64,000 nt of DNA, taken from Carcharhinus longimanus (lineage: Eukaryota). Positions within the stretch are counted from its first letter, which is position 1; every line of letters starts with the position of its first letter. This document shows, in pieces, positions 47,877-61,660 of this stretch. The stretch is from NCBI GenBank assembly GCA_030264375.1, contig JASCQW010000001.1, positions 142,079,363-142,143,362 of the forward strand, written 5' to 3'. Under the pieces are notes generated by a model, which saw only the letters and a program-made list of their open reading frames with translations, ran no database searches and was not told where the DNA came from. Made by a program: the position numbers and the translations under genes.

Positions 47877-50154
47877 TATATAGAATTATATAAAATGATT
47901 ATATAGAATGCATCAAATCTAAACCAGTGCAATGAAGATCAGAATGCCAGATATAAAACACAGGATGGCTGCCAGTAGACAGTCCAAAAGTTCTCGTATC
48001 ACTGCAAGCTAAAGAGTGAAATTTAATCAGCAGAACCCTTTTCATTTTCTATATTAAACCATTTTTTAATTTTTGGCATTATTCATGTCAGAATAGGGCT
48101 AAATCATACAAGATCTCAATGAATGTAAATTGTAGAAAAAAATGAATTTTAAATTAATATTTAACTAATCATGGTCAATGTAGTTTGCTTTCTTAAATAT
48201 CAACTTGTCTAACCTGGTGGGTGTGCCATTTGCTTAGTTTATAATCTGCAAGTACTGGAGTTAACAAAATCTACAAATGAGAGAAGGTATCAAATTGTAC
48301 GCAGCTGGTATTTGTACAAGAGTAATAAGACTGAGATTTGACTCATGTTTGTAACATACCATGCTGGGCAACTGTGAGGAAATGAAAATCACTAGGAATT
48401 TTCTATACTTGTGGTAGAAAAATAAACATCAGTGCAATAGTTACACAGGTCATCATCCACTCTGATTTGTATGAGCTGAGCAACCAAATCTGAGAGTTTG
48501 GTCAAACTTCTTCTGGCACCATTACAATGTTGTAGCACACACTGCCACTGTTTTTTGTGTACTGTAATGCTTCCAACAGAAACAGAACCCATTACAGATG
48601 AAGACCTCTTTTTGGCTGTCACAATATAGCTTTAGTTATAAAGGAGAAACTAGCAGAAAGATCAGCATCTTCTGGTAAAATTTAAGAGTTAATTTTCTGG
48701 GAGAGGTTTTTTTGGAGTATGTCTGTTGATGGTCAGAACCTCTGCCTACCCCATGACAAAAGAAAAGAATAATGTGCATTTATATCATGTCTTGCACTTT
48801 CTGAACTGCTTTAGAATCCATATACACAGGGGCACTTGACCCCTCCCTCAGATATTGGGTGAAAAGACTCTTGCTTATTGCAAGCAAGTGCTCACTCATT
48901 ATTTTCCAACACAGATTGAAAGAAAAACATTTTTTTGGTGGATATATATTTTCTGTTCTTGCTTGATTATCATTTACAACAGTCATAGTTTACTGAATTC
49001 AGCGTGTAGGTCACAACAGTCAAACCCTTGCAGTTTCCTGAAAGCCGTCAATCATTCTGTAGTCAATTGCTTGCAGCAAACTGCCATTTTCACTTTTAAA
49101 ATCCCTCCTTCAAAAGTCTTTAGCATGGCAGGACATCAAGAAATCACAGGTACCTCTGTGTCCAGTTGGGAGTTGGCGGCAAGGGCAGAAGGATTGCTTT
49201 TAGAAGCATCCATTTTTCCAGATGCTGGATCCCTCAATCAAGCTTTCCTGGGAATGAAGGGGAATGGGGAAACTTGTTGCATATTAAATATGCTACTTTT
49301 CTGATTTTCTTTACGGTCAGCCATGCATCTGACATATGAAAAATTTAATAAACATGTTTGACCACCCAATCTTCAGAGAAACCCACAAAAGTAGAATTCC
49401 TGCATGTCTTGACAAGAGGTGCAGAGCCTCCCTTCAGGAACACAACCCCCTTAACTAAATCCAGACATCAAATGTGTAGATTGGCTTGAGCAAAAGGTTA
49501 GCACCCTCTAGTTATGGAGACCCTCTAGGCTGGACTCCAATTAACTAAAAGCACAAATCTTAACAGCATAGAACACTGATCATTTTTCAGATGCTTATAC
49601 AGCTAGAGACAACTTGCATGTTAGGACTCAAATTTATCTGAGCTGACCAGGAAGATTCAGGAACCCCTCCAGTTTAATCCGAGGTTTTATTATTGAGCCA
49701 ACCTGACTGTTTATTTTGATGATTTACGCTGCTGCATTTCCCTGGTATACAGCTGCTCAGGTTTTGGATTGCAGGAACTAGTGGGGACAGCTGACTCAGC
49801 TCCAATTCTCTTATCACCTGATATATTATTCTGTTCCTTCAGTGATTGATTAATACAGCGTCAACCCCTTTTTAAGTGAACAGCAGTTGTTAGGAACACC
49901 CTACAGGCAGAACTCAGCATCCCACAAGTCAACACAAAATGTACACCATCCATTTAGCCACAGCATGGCCCCATTGACCAGTGATTCCATAAATTGTGGA
50001 GCTTCAGCAGTGGCTGTTTGTCTCCCTGAATAATAGTCATTACCAAAACTTGGATGTATGAGTTCATGCTCCCATATCAGACCTCTGAATATTGCCTCTG
50101 AAGCGTCTCAAGTCGCAGAATTTCTTCTTTAACTTTATAATAGATCTTCCCCTG

Positions 50155-50352
50155 TTCATGCTGCCAGGGATGGTGGTGCAGGCAGAAGCAATAGGGGCTT
50201 TTAATGGGCTTTTAGATAAGTGCATGAATATGCAAGGAATAGAGGGATTTGGACGAAGGGCAGACAGAAGGGATTAGTTTAATTTTGGTATCATGTTCGG
50301 CACAATATCTCGGGCCAAAAGGCCTGCTCCTGTTCTGTACTGTTCTGTGTTT
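50155..50352 (+). mobile_element. CR1 3' end
   Basis: LPGMVVQAEAIGAFNGLLDKCMN plus the 3'UTR gggccaaaaggcctgctcctgttctgtactgttct. Confidence 0.8.
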
Positions 50353-50694
50353 GGATCTATGCACAATAGCTTGTGATCTGCCAGCCACTTCTATGTCCTG
50401 TACATTTAGTCCAATCCTGCACATGGTGAACACTCATTAATAACTGCTTGACACAGATCTTCACAGGAGGGAGATTGAAAAATCTATCCAGCGTAAAGCT
50501 AACTCCTGCTCGAGGATGCTTAGTAACAGGTCAGTGGAAGCCAGAGCTGTTGCTCTCTCTAACTACCTTCCCTATTCCAGAAAATCAGAAGCATTTTCTG
50601 CTGAACAACCTGAGAGTATCTGTTCCCATCAAGAATTACAGGAAGGAATGACTGGGGGAGACCATTTTTCAATTAATTTCAAAATCTGGATTCT

Positions 50695-50960
50695 TAAGAA
50701 CATAAGAAATAGGAGCAGGAGTAGGCCATCTAGCCCTTCGAGCCTGCTCCGCCATTCAATAAGATCATGNNNNNNNNNNNNNNNNNNNNNNNNNNNNNNN
50801 NNNNNNNNNNNNNNNNNNNNNNNNNNNNNNNNNNNNNNNNNNNNNNNNNNNNNNNNNNNNNNNNNNNNNGCAGCTGGAGTACTGTGTGCAGTTTTGGTTG
50901 CCGCACTTACGCAAGGATATTTTGGCCTTGGAGGGAGTGCAGAGGACGTTTACTAGGTTG
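50695..50960. mobile_element. CR1 fragments on either side of a 100-N gap (3' tip on -, ORF2 piece on +)
   Basis: Left: taagaacataagaaataggagcagg. Right: QLEYCVQFWLPHLRKDILALEGVQRTFTRL. Confidence 0.75.
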
Positions 50961-51676
50961 AATAAAATCAATAATGCTTCATTTCAGTAATGCAGCTAGG
51001 AGACAGGACTCAGAAGATGGTATAAAATATAAGATCAAAACTCAAACTGTCAACTTAATCCTCGAGTGTCAACCTTGAACACACTTTGGGTCCCAATATT
51101 TCTGATTCAGTGCAGAATCTGGTCTCCCAGTATTCTGTGGAGCTATGACTCATGGCATTTCTGTTAACTGGATCCCACCACAAAGACCAGTTTGACTCTG
51201 TCTGGCCAGAAGTGCTTTAGGGTTGGCCAGGAGCAATTAGGAAATTTGTGGCTGCTGGTAGGAGCATCAGTCCACCCATTCTTGATGACTAAATTACTCC
51301 CTTGCTTTTGTTATCAGAGCTGCATTCTTTTGCCAAAACCACCTTTTACTCAGGGATCATCCTGCAGAGCATAAGTAACCTATGATTTATTTTTTCCAGT
51401 CTCAATCATTTCCTTAAACCGCTTTATCCCGCCTCTTTTATTCCCACTCCAGCAGTAGGTATAGCGAACTCATGAGTTTTTTTATCACTTAGATTGAAAC
51501 TGGCTGTTTAGGTGCTTCCATATTCCCATTCAGCAATAAAGATAAATCTTCCTCACATTTCCCCTGCCCTCGCCCTGAACCCACATCAACTACCCCCTGC
51601 ATGTCTGCTGTAAGTTCACATTGTCTTTGACACCATCTCATGCTCCCTTGACCGTATTCCTAGTGAAATATTCCAA

Positions 51677-51987
51677 GGCGGCATGGCGGCACCGTGGTTA
51701 GCACTGCTGCCTTGCAGCGCCTAGGACCCGGGTTCGATTCCAGCTTGGGTCACACTCTTCTGTTGAGTTTGCACGTTCTCCTCGTATCTGCGTGGGTTTC
51801 CTCTGGGTGCTCCAGTTTCCTCCCACAATCCAAAGATGTGCGAGTTAAGTGCAACTTACCACGGCCAATCAATCTAAGTGTCGGGGGATTAGCAGCGTAA
51901 ATACGTGGGACTATGGACGTAGGGGCTGGGTAGGATTGTGTTCGGTGCAGACTGAATGGCCTCCTTCTGCACCGTAGGGATTCTATA
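51677..51987 (+). mobile_element. Full-length HE1-like SINE (CR1-type tail)
   Basis: Head ggcggcatggcggcaccgtggttagcactgctgcc...ggttcgattccagc, central domain, and tail gaatggcctccttctgcaccgtagggattct. Confidence 0.87.
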
Positions 51988-53214
51988 AATGCTGACCAAT
52001 TGACTTCCCTCTCCTTAGGTAACATCCCAAGATATGGCATGTAGTTGAGAAATAGAATTTTCTATTAAGATATTAAAAATGGGACATCTTCAAGAGCAGA
52101 TATTTTCCCAGGTGCTTAGAGGTAGGAGGGATGGGGAAAAAAAACTAGAAAAAACACCTTGAGGTGGTTTGCTGGTATATTTCCACCTCTGGCAGCTTTT
52201 CCCAGGAATGAGTTGTTGGAAAAGTTGAAAATCCTCACAATTGAGGTGGGATGGCAATTCAAATCATTTAAGAGAGATTTTCCCAGTGGAATCTCTCTTT
52301 CCCTACAGGAAAGCAATGTACACCATGAGACTCCCAACAATCTGGCTTTCTCATGCTAGTTTGCTGCAGTCACACCAGAAAAGGAAGAATGTGCACAATT
52401 AGTTTCTTAATAGTCAACGCTTTACTTTCAGTGCGCTGCCTTTGTAGCCAGACTTGATAACAAAGCAGTAATTCTTTCCGCACTCACCACCCACCACCCC
52501 AATCTCAGCATCTGAGATGGATAAACCTTCCTGCTATCCAGCCAAATCAAGTTCCTCTATCTTGGCAGGGGTCAGTAAAAGAGTGTTTAGCATTCCTCCC
52601 TCAGTCTTCACTTTACATGTTTCTAGTGGGTCTTTTTATCCATCAAGCATAGGGAAAAGGGAGTTAGGCTGTAAATGCTGATGAGGAAAACCGCTTACTG
52701 CCTGACTACCACTTTGTCCCATGATGGGTTATTGTGTCCGCATGTCCTTCCCAAGATTGCGCACTCATGGGAGGTGGATGACATGGAGAGTAGATGCAGA
52801 TGCCTGTGACTCACATGCATTCACTACTCCTGAAGCAGCTAGTGTGTGGGGCACAGTTTACATTTCTGACTGTAACCTTTACTCTCCCTCCGTGGTTGCT
52901 GGATGGATATTTCAGCTTTGAGGTATCCTATTCCTCAATGATATGTCACTAATTGGAAGCTGGAGTCTTCTGTTTTGCATGGCTCCTCTCCTTGACTCTT
53001 TCACTTATAGGGAGACATTCCAAGAGCCTTGGAAGTCCAAAAGCAGGGCTAGCTGCCATTTAAAAGTGCCAGCTCCTTCAGTAAGATAATCAAATATGGC
53101 ATTCCCACACTGATTCCTGTATCCGTCGTGCCACTCCAGATCTGCTCTGGATTTCTGTCAACTTAAGTTCCAATGGCAGAATCCTCAATGCAACAACTAA
53201 ATTCTGCCTAGTGG

Positions 53215-53295
53215 CTTTGGCCTTCTCCGTAATTAGTTGGGAAAATTTTCTATTCATCCCGTACTGAATATCAGACAAACAGTTTGACAATTTAT
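53215..53295 (-). mobile_element. L2 RT relic
   Basis: LSNCLSDIQYGMNRKFSQLITEKAKA resembles L2 LSDCLSDIQ.WM..NFLQLN..KTEA. Confidence 0.6.
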
Positions 53296-54879
53296 GAGCA
53301 AGTAATGAACTTGTAGAAAGAGTTGTAAGTTAAATACAATATGTTCAGACTCGCTATATTATGCAAAATTGTCATGAACCAATCTAATCATGATTCACAG
53401 CAGGGAGTTGGAAAGATTTTCTCAAGATATTAGCAGTAACTTAGTGTGTCTGGAATTGACTTCCTCTTAGATTAACTCTTTCATGATGTGCTCAAGTGAG
53501 AATGTTCCTTCAGGTCGAAGAGGTACAAAAACCACTTAACGTCATCAGGCAGCAATGTGAGTACTCAAGTAATAGCTTGCTTGACAGTTTAAAATATAAC
53601 AGCTTCAATTAATTATTTCAGAGAGGACTAGACTAGTTGGCCAACTCTAGTTGCATAGTGGCCACAAGTTGTTTTTATTTGCTGAGATTATGTTACTATG
53701 GTACTGAAGTGAAAACTAAGTATAGTTAACCATCATGTCTTAAGATAGAGGGGCATGAAACCAGACATAGTTTATAATCACTCCAACACGTAAAGATACT
53801 CATGCAAGATTCTGTTTATAATCTGAGAAAAAGAACAGATTTACTTCCAAACACATCTGTTATAAATATTGTTCAAAGTTAATTGGAACCATACACCAAT
53901 GGTTTTAACTGAACTTTTAAGTAGTCCCCATAATGTAGCACATTAGGGGAAAAAAGTTAATCTAAACATTGTGTTTTTAAATTCTTCATACAAAATCACC
54001 AATGCTGTGCAAAATGTACGGTTTTTAAGGGACTGCCTGCACCCCGGCAAGTTGACAATTCATATGTCGAAAAAATGCTAGTCAGCACAATTTTGCTTTT
54101 GATAATTTGTGGCATTATCTCCCAGGGAGATTGATTAGCTCTGGAATTGCCAAAATTAGTCCAATACAGCATATGTGCTGCCAACATTTGTGTGTGTGTG
54201 TGTGTCATTTTTATGGTGCTGTATAATGTTGTTGTTTAAAACAGACTCTGCAACTCCTGAATGCTCTGCTATATATTTCCAAAAATGGAATGTGGGAATA
54301 CAGTAAATAAGATAGTTATGATCAGCTTCAGTGATAGGCATTCATGGTAATTTAAAGTTTTTATATATACCCAACAATGAGAATGAGGTCACTACACGTA
54401 GGCAACTCTGTGTAGATTCATTCATTGCCAGATGTAATTTTAAGATTTTTGTTGGCCAGTTTCACTTGACCTTGTGAAGCCTGTCCCTCTGTGCATAAGC
54501 ACACACATGTTATTGTACCCATAATTGAATCTGATGACAGCCATAATCACTCTCCAACATATATGAGATTTGGTGCTATGTTGGATAAATGCAAAAATGA
54601 AGTCCAGTTAGAATTTCTGTTGATCCTAATTTGATAAACATTCAAATTAAAGTTACTATGACACAGTTGGTCCTGCCAGAGGGAATGGCCAATTATAACA
54701 TAATTTCTTTAGTTCCAGATTGGGATAATTTGACGCCGTCATTTTAGAATCAATAATGAACCAATTATGACACATCGCTGGCTTAGAAAACACAAAAGTC
54801 TAAATAATATAAATTGGCAATGGATCTACTTCTTTTCATTTTTAACATTTCTTTTGATGGACAATCTGCTGGAATAAGT

Positions 54880-56130
54880 TTCATCAGATATGTTCAAAAA
54901 GCAGAAGAGGGATAAACCTGACAACTATAGGCCTGTTAATTTAACACTGGTAGTGGAACAACATTTAGAGATATTAAATCAGGGCAAAATTGATTGACCT
55001 TTAATAAATAAAAGTCAGCCTAGATTTGTTTTAGGGAAACTAAGTTTGCCCTACTTGATTAAGTTTTTTGACGAATTGATGAAGACAGTTGATGAGGGTG
55101 CTGTGGTTTATGTTGTGCATTGGACTTTCAAAACGTGTTTGATAGAACACAGCATAATAGACTTGCTAATATAATTGAAGTCCTTGGAACTAAAAGGGCA
55201 GTGGCTGCATGAATATCAAATTGGTTAAGGGTCAGAAAGCAGAGAGTAATGTTGAACAACTTTTCAATCTATGGGAAAGTCCAGAGTGGTGTTCCCTGGG
55301 GGTTGGTGTTTGACCACTGTTGATATATATTGAATTTGGGTGTACAGGGCAGTATTTCAAAGTTCACAGATGACACAGAAGTTAAAAATCTAGTGAAGAG
55401 ACTAAGTCAAATGATAACAAGACTTCAGGAGATATAGCCTGGTGAAATGGGCTGACACTTGGTAGATTAAATTTAATGTTGAGAGATGTGAAGTGATTTA
55501 TTTTGGTACTAAGAATGAGAAGAGGCACATGGTACCGTTGTAAAATGGGGGTGGGGAGCAATGCAAGAACAAGAGAACTGGGGTCTACATTGACAAAAGT
55601 TTGAAGGTGNNNNNNNNNNNNNNNNNNNNNNNNNNNNNNNNNNNNNNNNNNNNNNNNNNNNNNNNNNNNNNNNNNNNNNNNNNNNNNNNNNNNNNNNNNN
55701 NNNNNNNNNATTTACAAAATTTTGAAGGTGGTAAGGCATATTGAGAAAGTTGTTTAAAAGGCAAATGGGATCCTTGGCTTTTTCAATAGCAGTATAGAAA
55801 ATAGGAGCAAGGCAGTTATCCAAAACCTCTATAAAACATTGGTTAGATACCAAATGGAGTATTGTGGGGAATTCTGAGCACCTCACTTAAGAAGGATTAC
55901 AAGGCCCCAGAAAGGATGTAGAGAAGATTTATTGTATTGAAAGACTTATGTGGCAAGACTTGTGAAGCTGGTTGGTACTCAATTCAGTAGAGGAAATCAA
56001 AAGGGAAATTTCATAGAGGTGATCAAAATCATAAGGATGGAGCAAATATGGAGAAACATTTCCCAGTGGGAGAAGATTAAGTTAATTGGCAAAACCTCAG
56101 AGGTGGTTTAAGGCCATTTTTTTTTGCACT
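54880..56130 (+). mobile_element. Decayed CR1 ORF2 (RT region)
   Basis: Remnants of DKPDNYRPVNLT.VV, V..LDFQNVFD, SGVP.G.V, ISKFTDDT and LYKTLVR. Includes the 100-N gap at 55610-55709. Confidence 0.85.
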
Positions 56131-56142
56131 ATATGAGAGATG

Positions 56143-56851
56143 TGGGGGTGATTCTAGCGCAGCGGGCTAGGAGAATCGCATGATAGCCGATTCATGAGTT
56201 TCCCGCAGGCATTCACATCGCATTTGCATCACACAGGCTCGGCTTTGAAATCGACTGGGGGAACGGGACTAGTATTTAAATAATATTTAACATACTACTT
56301 AAATACTATTAATGGACCTGAGACTGAATTCTCCAGGCCCGCTAGCATCTCCCACCCCGCCAGTGTGTTTCGCTCCACCAGGGATTGCAGTAGCTCTTCA
56401 CGTTTGGGGAGCTAGCAGCCTAACCCTGCTGGAGTGAATGGAGGGCAATCGGGGCCCCGGCAGTGGGGGTGGGTAGGGGAGATCATCACTGCTGGAGGGT
56501 GGCATGCTGGAGATCGGGCCAGAGATTGTTGGGGCTGGCACACGAATGGATGGGGCTGTGGAGGGGGTGGGGGCAGCAATGCGGGGGTCCTGGGATGCCC
56601 AGTGATTGAGCTGGCCAGAAAACTAGAGGCTGACACTTCAGCGCCACTGCACACGCGTAGAGGTCCATTGATTTCAGCTTCTCCAGCCAGAATAGCCCCA
56701 CCCCCTGAAATGTAATGTTATTCATGTTGGGGACCTCTGCATTGCACAGAGTGTGGGGGATTCTAGTCTGAACTCTCAAAAAAAACAGCATGAATTACTG
56801 CAGTTTTCCCGTAAATTTAATACTTTGAATTTTTTTGTGAAAATTGCCTCG
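56143..56851. mobile_element. Harbinger-type non-autonomous element (MITE)
   Basis: Ends gggggtgattct ... aaaattgcctc. Internal palindrome agtatttaaataatatttaa..cttaaatact and a G-rich core. Confidence 0.55.
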
Positions 56852-57569
56852 TGGAAGTTGATTGAGAAAAAAAATTCAGCAAATACAAAAAATTGCCATG
56901 AGGAAAGAACAGGTGATTGGGAAAATTAGTAAGTCTTTCAAAGAATGGGTTCCCTTTGTGTTGTTATTCTATTCTTAGAAGAAATAATGAACTCTGGACA
57001 ACTCTACAGCAGCTAACATTGGTTAACCGATTTGCCTCAGTGAAGTCTTAATGGGGTAGACTGTTGCCTGGGTCTGTTTTCAGACCTAGTCTCAGTGCTG
57101 CTCGACCAAAGTCCGCATGTTCTGCAAAACCTAAGGAAAGCGGGTTCAAGGCTCAACAACACACTCGAGATGAGCTGCTGAAACTGGTCATGCCCATAGG
57201 CATCTCAGTTAAATCTACATGGGCCACTTGCTGTAATCCTCAGCTGTGCGCCAAAATGGGGGTTTTGGAGCAAGTCATGGGAGAAGGGGCATGAACAGAA
57301 CACCTATTCCTCCAGATTCATGAACATTTTAAAAAATTTCACCAACATGTCACTTTTGATCACAGGCTGGTAGATTTTTTGATGGACTACGAAGGTGTGA
57401 TGACTCTATTTTACATACTGAAGGAGTCTTTCAGAATCTAGGTTGAAGGATTAAAAAACATGATGCCACAGATATAGCTGATGCCTGTTCTGATAGGGAG
57501 CAGTCAGCCCAAGAGGCAAGCTGCACTTGATTTCTGCCTGAAGCAGGCGCAAACCATTCTCAATCTCAT

Positions 57570-57918
57570 GGGAGGCGAAAGCGTAATGATATTATTGCTA
57601 GACTATTAATCCAGAAACTCAGGTAATGTTCTGGAACCCGGGTTCGAACCCGACATGGCAGGTGATAGAATTTGAATTCAATAAAAAAAATCTGGAATTA
57701 AGAATCTGATGACCATGAAAACCATTGTCAATTGTTGGAAAAATCCATCTGGATCATTAATGTTCTTTAGGGAAGGAAATCTGCCTTCCTTACCTAGCCT
57801 GACCTACATGTGGTTCCGCAGCCACAGATTCTCAACTGCCCTCCAAGGGTAACTCATGATGGGCAATAAATACTGGCCAGCCAGCGATGCCTATGACCTA
57901 CAAATGAATAAAAAAAAA
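57570..57918 (+). mobile_element. tRNA-derived SINE sharing its 3' tail with the 4878/9060/36930 LINE family
   Basis: B box ccgggttcgaaccc. The tail aagggtaactcatgatgggcaataaatactggccagccagcgatgcctatgacctacaaatgaataaaaaaaaa aligns with 5000-5073. Confidence 0.8.
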
Positions 57919-58659
57919 TCCTATCCCAGTGACATTCATCATCTTGATCACTATGCGTCATGCCTACATTCATAATTTTAAGGACTGCAAATATTTATAC
58001 CAATGCATCTACTTCACAAAACAATGTTTTTATTTTGAAACCCATCAGTGGATAAGTTGTATAGACAACTCTGGTCCAATGTGACCTTTAGTAGTAAGGA
58101 CACAAATAGCAACCCAGATATAGCTGTAAATCAGGCTGTCCTGGGCCTGCACCCACTGATTATCAGGGTTACCAGGGGAGCAGAATATGGAACTGAATAA
58201 TACGTTTGCTGCTTCATAGGGCATATAATGGGGTGTGTTGATGTTAGGCCCATTTCTGATGTAACCATGCTGGTTTCCGATAATATGGTCAAAGAGTTGG
58301 GAACCCGCCTGGGTCATTTAAATTTCAATTGACAAACCAATTAAGGTCATTACCAACCCAACCCATGACTATAATACATACAGAAGGTAACAATACACCT
58401 TTAAGATCAAATTCAATACAGGTGGGAAATCTGTTTATTCATGGGCAAGATTGCCTGGGCAGGTTTTAAAACTGCAGCTGAGAGCAGTCTCAGCTTTGCA
58501 ACGCAAATTCTACCAACTGCAGGGACTGCTCATGTGAATGAGCAGTGAAACCATTTGGAGACATCTTCATTCAGAAAATTCTCCCCTAATTCGTGAGATC
58601 CATTGTGATTGAATATTTTTCTGTCCATTACCCAGGGGTAGATGCTATCTGAGACACTT

Positions 58660-59467
58660 AAGGATTGTGGTCTCAGTTGGAGAGACAACTTCCAATGAGG
58701 AGGAGAGAGGAATTAAGAGGAGGTTGAGGAGGAGAAAGGAGAGAGCAAGAAGGATACTCAAGGGAGGATCAGGATGTTGTGGTTCTTTAGGAAGGGGACA
58801 AAGCAGCACCAGGGTCAAAAGGTCTCCCCTCTTCATGCAGAATAAAACATAGAACATTACAGCGCAGTACAGGCCCTTCGGCCCTCGATGTTGCACCGAC
58901 CAATTGAACCAATCTAATGACCCTCCAACCTAAACTATTCCAATGTTATCCATGTGCCTATCCGCTGACCATTTGAATGCCCTTAAAGTTGGCGAGTCCA
59001 CAACTGCTGCAGGCAGGGCATTCCACGACCTTACTACCCTCNNNNNNNNNNNNNNNNNNNNNNNNNNNNNNNNNNNNNNNNNNNNNNNNNNNNNNNNNNN
59101 NNNNNNNNNNNNNNNNNNNNNNNNNNNNNNNNNNNNNNNNNNNNNNNNNNNNNNNNNNNNNNNNNNNNNNNNNNNNNNNNNNNNNNNNNNNNNNNNNNNN
59201 NNNNNNNNNNNNNNNNNNNNNNNNNNNNNNNNNNNNNNNNNNNNNNNNNNNAGGTGCATTACGATTCTCCCCCTCAGTATGTCCCTGATGGCTGTGGTTT
59301 GCTGTGTAGTCAATGACATCGTCATTCTAAGAGGAGTTGCCCTGGAGGAAGATGACAGGCCAGTCCTGAGGACAGTGGAGATGAGGGACAATGGTGATAC
59401 TCCTGAAGATGGCCCTAGCCATGATCGAATAGATGGCTGTGCCACCAGGAATGCCTTCATACAATAA
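58660..59467 (+). pseudogene. Harbinger/PIF (HARBI1-like) transposase relic (N- and C-terminal pieces)
   Basis: 59252-59467 reads GALRFSP[frameshift]SLMAVVCCVVNDIVILRGVALEEDD...TRNAFIQ, resembling Harbinger GALQYSP..VS.I.VVCC.LHN.A..RG..LEE...R.ALI. An Arg/Glu-rich N-terminal-like segment lies at 58690-58840. Confidence 0.6.
58845..59041 (-). mobile_element. Young CR1 3' end inserted in the Harbinger relic
   Basis: The - strand reads RVVRSWNALPAAVVDSPTLRAFKWS.DRHMD, with the tail acatagaacattacagcgcagtacaggcccttcggccc. CpGs are intact. Confidence 0.85.
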
Positions 59468-61414
59468 ATGTTTCTATAGTGCAACTTACCACTGCTACAG
59501 AAGGAGTTTGGTGACATGTTGCCCTCATTTGTAATGAGAGAACCCTTTAGCCTTCATATCTAAACATCCTCCTTTACCCCACACAAGGATACAATTCCAT
59601 CTCCCCTCTCTCACCATCCAAATTTTTCTGTTCCCCTCAACTTTCAGACACAAGTCATACAGCCGCAGTAAATCAGTAAGAACGTCAGCAGGAGAAAATC
59701 TGAGTTTTGTGTTTATCCTTGAGCTTCAAAGGCATAACAACATCAGTAAATAATAAGCTCATCCATGGGCCCCTGTTTATGACTTATGTAGATTTTCACG
59801 ACCATGTTTGAGTGCTCCGTTGTAGTGCTCCCCCCTTGTGGCAGCACTGGAGAAAAGCGTCTAATTTGCCACCTTCCTTGGCCTGGATGACTTCAGTTGG
59901 CATCTTCTGTGCAGCTGTGGCCTTGAGCAATTGGAGAATCTTGCCGAGACACACGAGTCATTAGTTGCTGCTGGAGACACTGCTTGAGACCTGTGCAATG
60001 GCTGCTGAATGGAAGGGATACTGCCTCCCATCAGAAATGCCACGAGAGGAACTTCCTGGTGGAGGCAATTGCTGTTCACCTCCTGCTGCTAGGACCAGTT
60101 GGTCTTCTGTGCCAACTGGTGAGGTCCCTAGAGGTTGCTGGATGATCAAGCTCCAAGTTGTGTCGCCCTTGTTCTGGGCTCAGTGCCAGGACAATGGTGC
60201 GAAGGCAATACACTTGGTTTGCCCCTCCAGGGTAATTGCCAGTCTGTTCTTGGTGGAAGCTTGGTGCTCCAGAGAATGGGTGACTGCAGTGCACATGCTC
60301 TGGCTGGATCCCTCCACACTGTGTGCCAGAGCAGGCAGCCCCTCTAGTTTACCCACCAGATGTACACGGACCTTGTGCTGAACATCCTACCACCTGATGA
60401 CTGATTCCACAGGCTGATCATCTGACTTGGAATCAGTCTTTGGATCACCTTGTTACTCCTCTGACTGCCTGAGGCCTGCTCCACCACACACTCTGACAGG
60501 TGCACATGCAAATGTGAAGCATCCCTTGTCCTGAATGCTGAACCCTGCTGAAGCGCCAGCATCGGTGAAGCTGCTGGGTGCAGAGAGAGGATGTGACACT
60601 GCACCCTCTGAGGGTTCCTCTTCAGAGGAGGAGCAAAGTTGCTGGATGGCCTCTGGACAGCTTGCAGGGAAGAGGCTGTCCCTGTGACAGAGAGAAATCA
60701 GTGAGGGGGTTTCTGGTATCAATTGACACATCTGTCCTATCACACAACACACAAACTGTTTCAGAGTCTGACATAAGTGAATGAACTCCACACACACAAT
60801 GAATCTTTGAACGATGATCTGACGTTTCTGATCATGAAGCTTGTCAAAGTTACAACGTGTTAACTCTATTCACCATAATGCATAATTCCTAATCTCCAAT
60901 AAAGCCCCACTGGCTTTCCCCTCCTACTAGTAAATCTGAAACTTCAGCCATCTCACCAAAACCAGGCCTTGCTTCAGTCTCAGCCCTGCTTATAGTAATA
61001 GACGAGTCAAACTGCAGGAGGTCCAGCATTTGCTCCTCATTCTGAGTCAGGACATTCAGATTGAGTAGACCCAGACTGCACAGAGTCTCTTGAGGGCTTC
61101 ATGAGTTTATTTCTCCTGAAAATATTTGACAAGAAATTTCATCAAAAATTTGAAACTATCATATTAGGCACCTTAAAAACCCATTATCAGATCAAGATGT
61201 ATCAACCCGAACCTATGCTCATGTGTCATAAGATGATCCAACCAAACACCAGCATAAAACCACACCATGGCTTGAAATGCACAAAGGCCTGGTCGAGGGC
61301 CGTTGTGTCCTTGTGGAACCATGCAGTTTTTGATGGACGGTTAACCATAACTACCTCCTGCATTTCCTAATGAGACCTATGTAACACTGGACCCAGATTG
61401 CTCATACTGATGCC

Positions 61415-61660
61415 ATACTCAGCCTGGCTGACCTCGCAAGTTAATGAGCCTTTTGTAGCCTATTGAGCTATTGGGACCAAATCCTCCTTAACCCATCAAC
61501 ACCATTCACCCCTTTGGCCATCTCCTCTTACAAGCGCAAGTCTGCCTGGGCTTCATTCTCTTCCCTGTGCTTGGCATGAACTGGTCATGTCAATCATGTA
61601 CGCAGGAGAGCATCAAGGATGACCTCACTATATCTAGTGCTAACTTTGCTGTTTCTAGAA
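61415..61660 (-). pseudogene. Myb/SANT-like (NAIF1/MSANTD-type) DNA-binding gene relic of a Harbinger element
   Basis: With frameshifts, the - strand reads STRYSEVILDALLRT / HDQFMPSTGKR / EEMAKGVNGVDGLRRIWSQ*LNRL, resembling APRFSD..LE.LL..V..RRD.LFP..G.R...WEE.A..VNA.....R.W.QCRKR. It ends at a decayed donor (aggCTGAGT). Confidence 0.55.

Noticed and set aside
58660-61660. Domesticated HARBI1/NAIF1-like host genes nested in FAT4
   Set aside because: Multiple stops, frameshifts, a CR1 insertion and no visible DDE core indicate a dead transposon.
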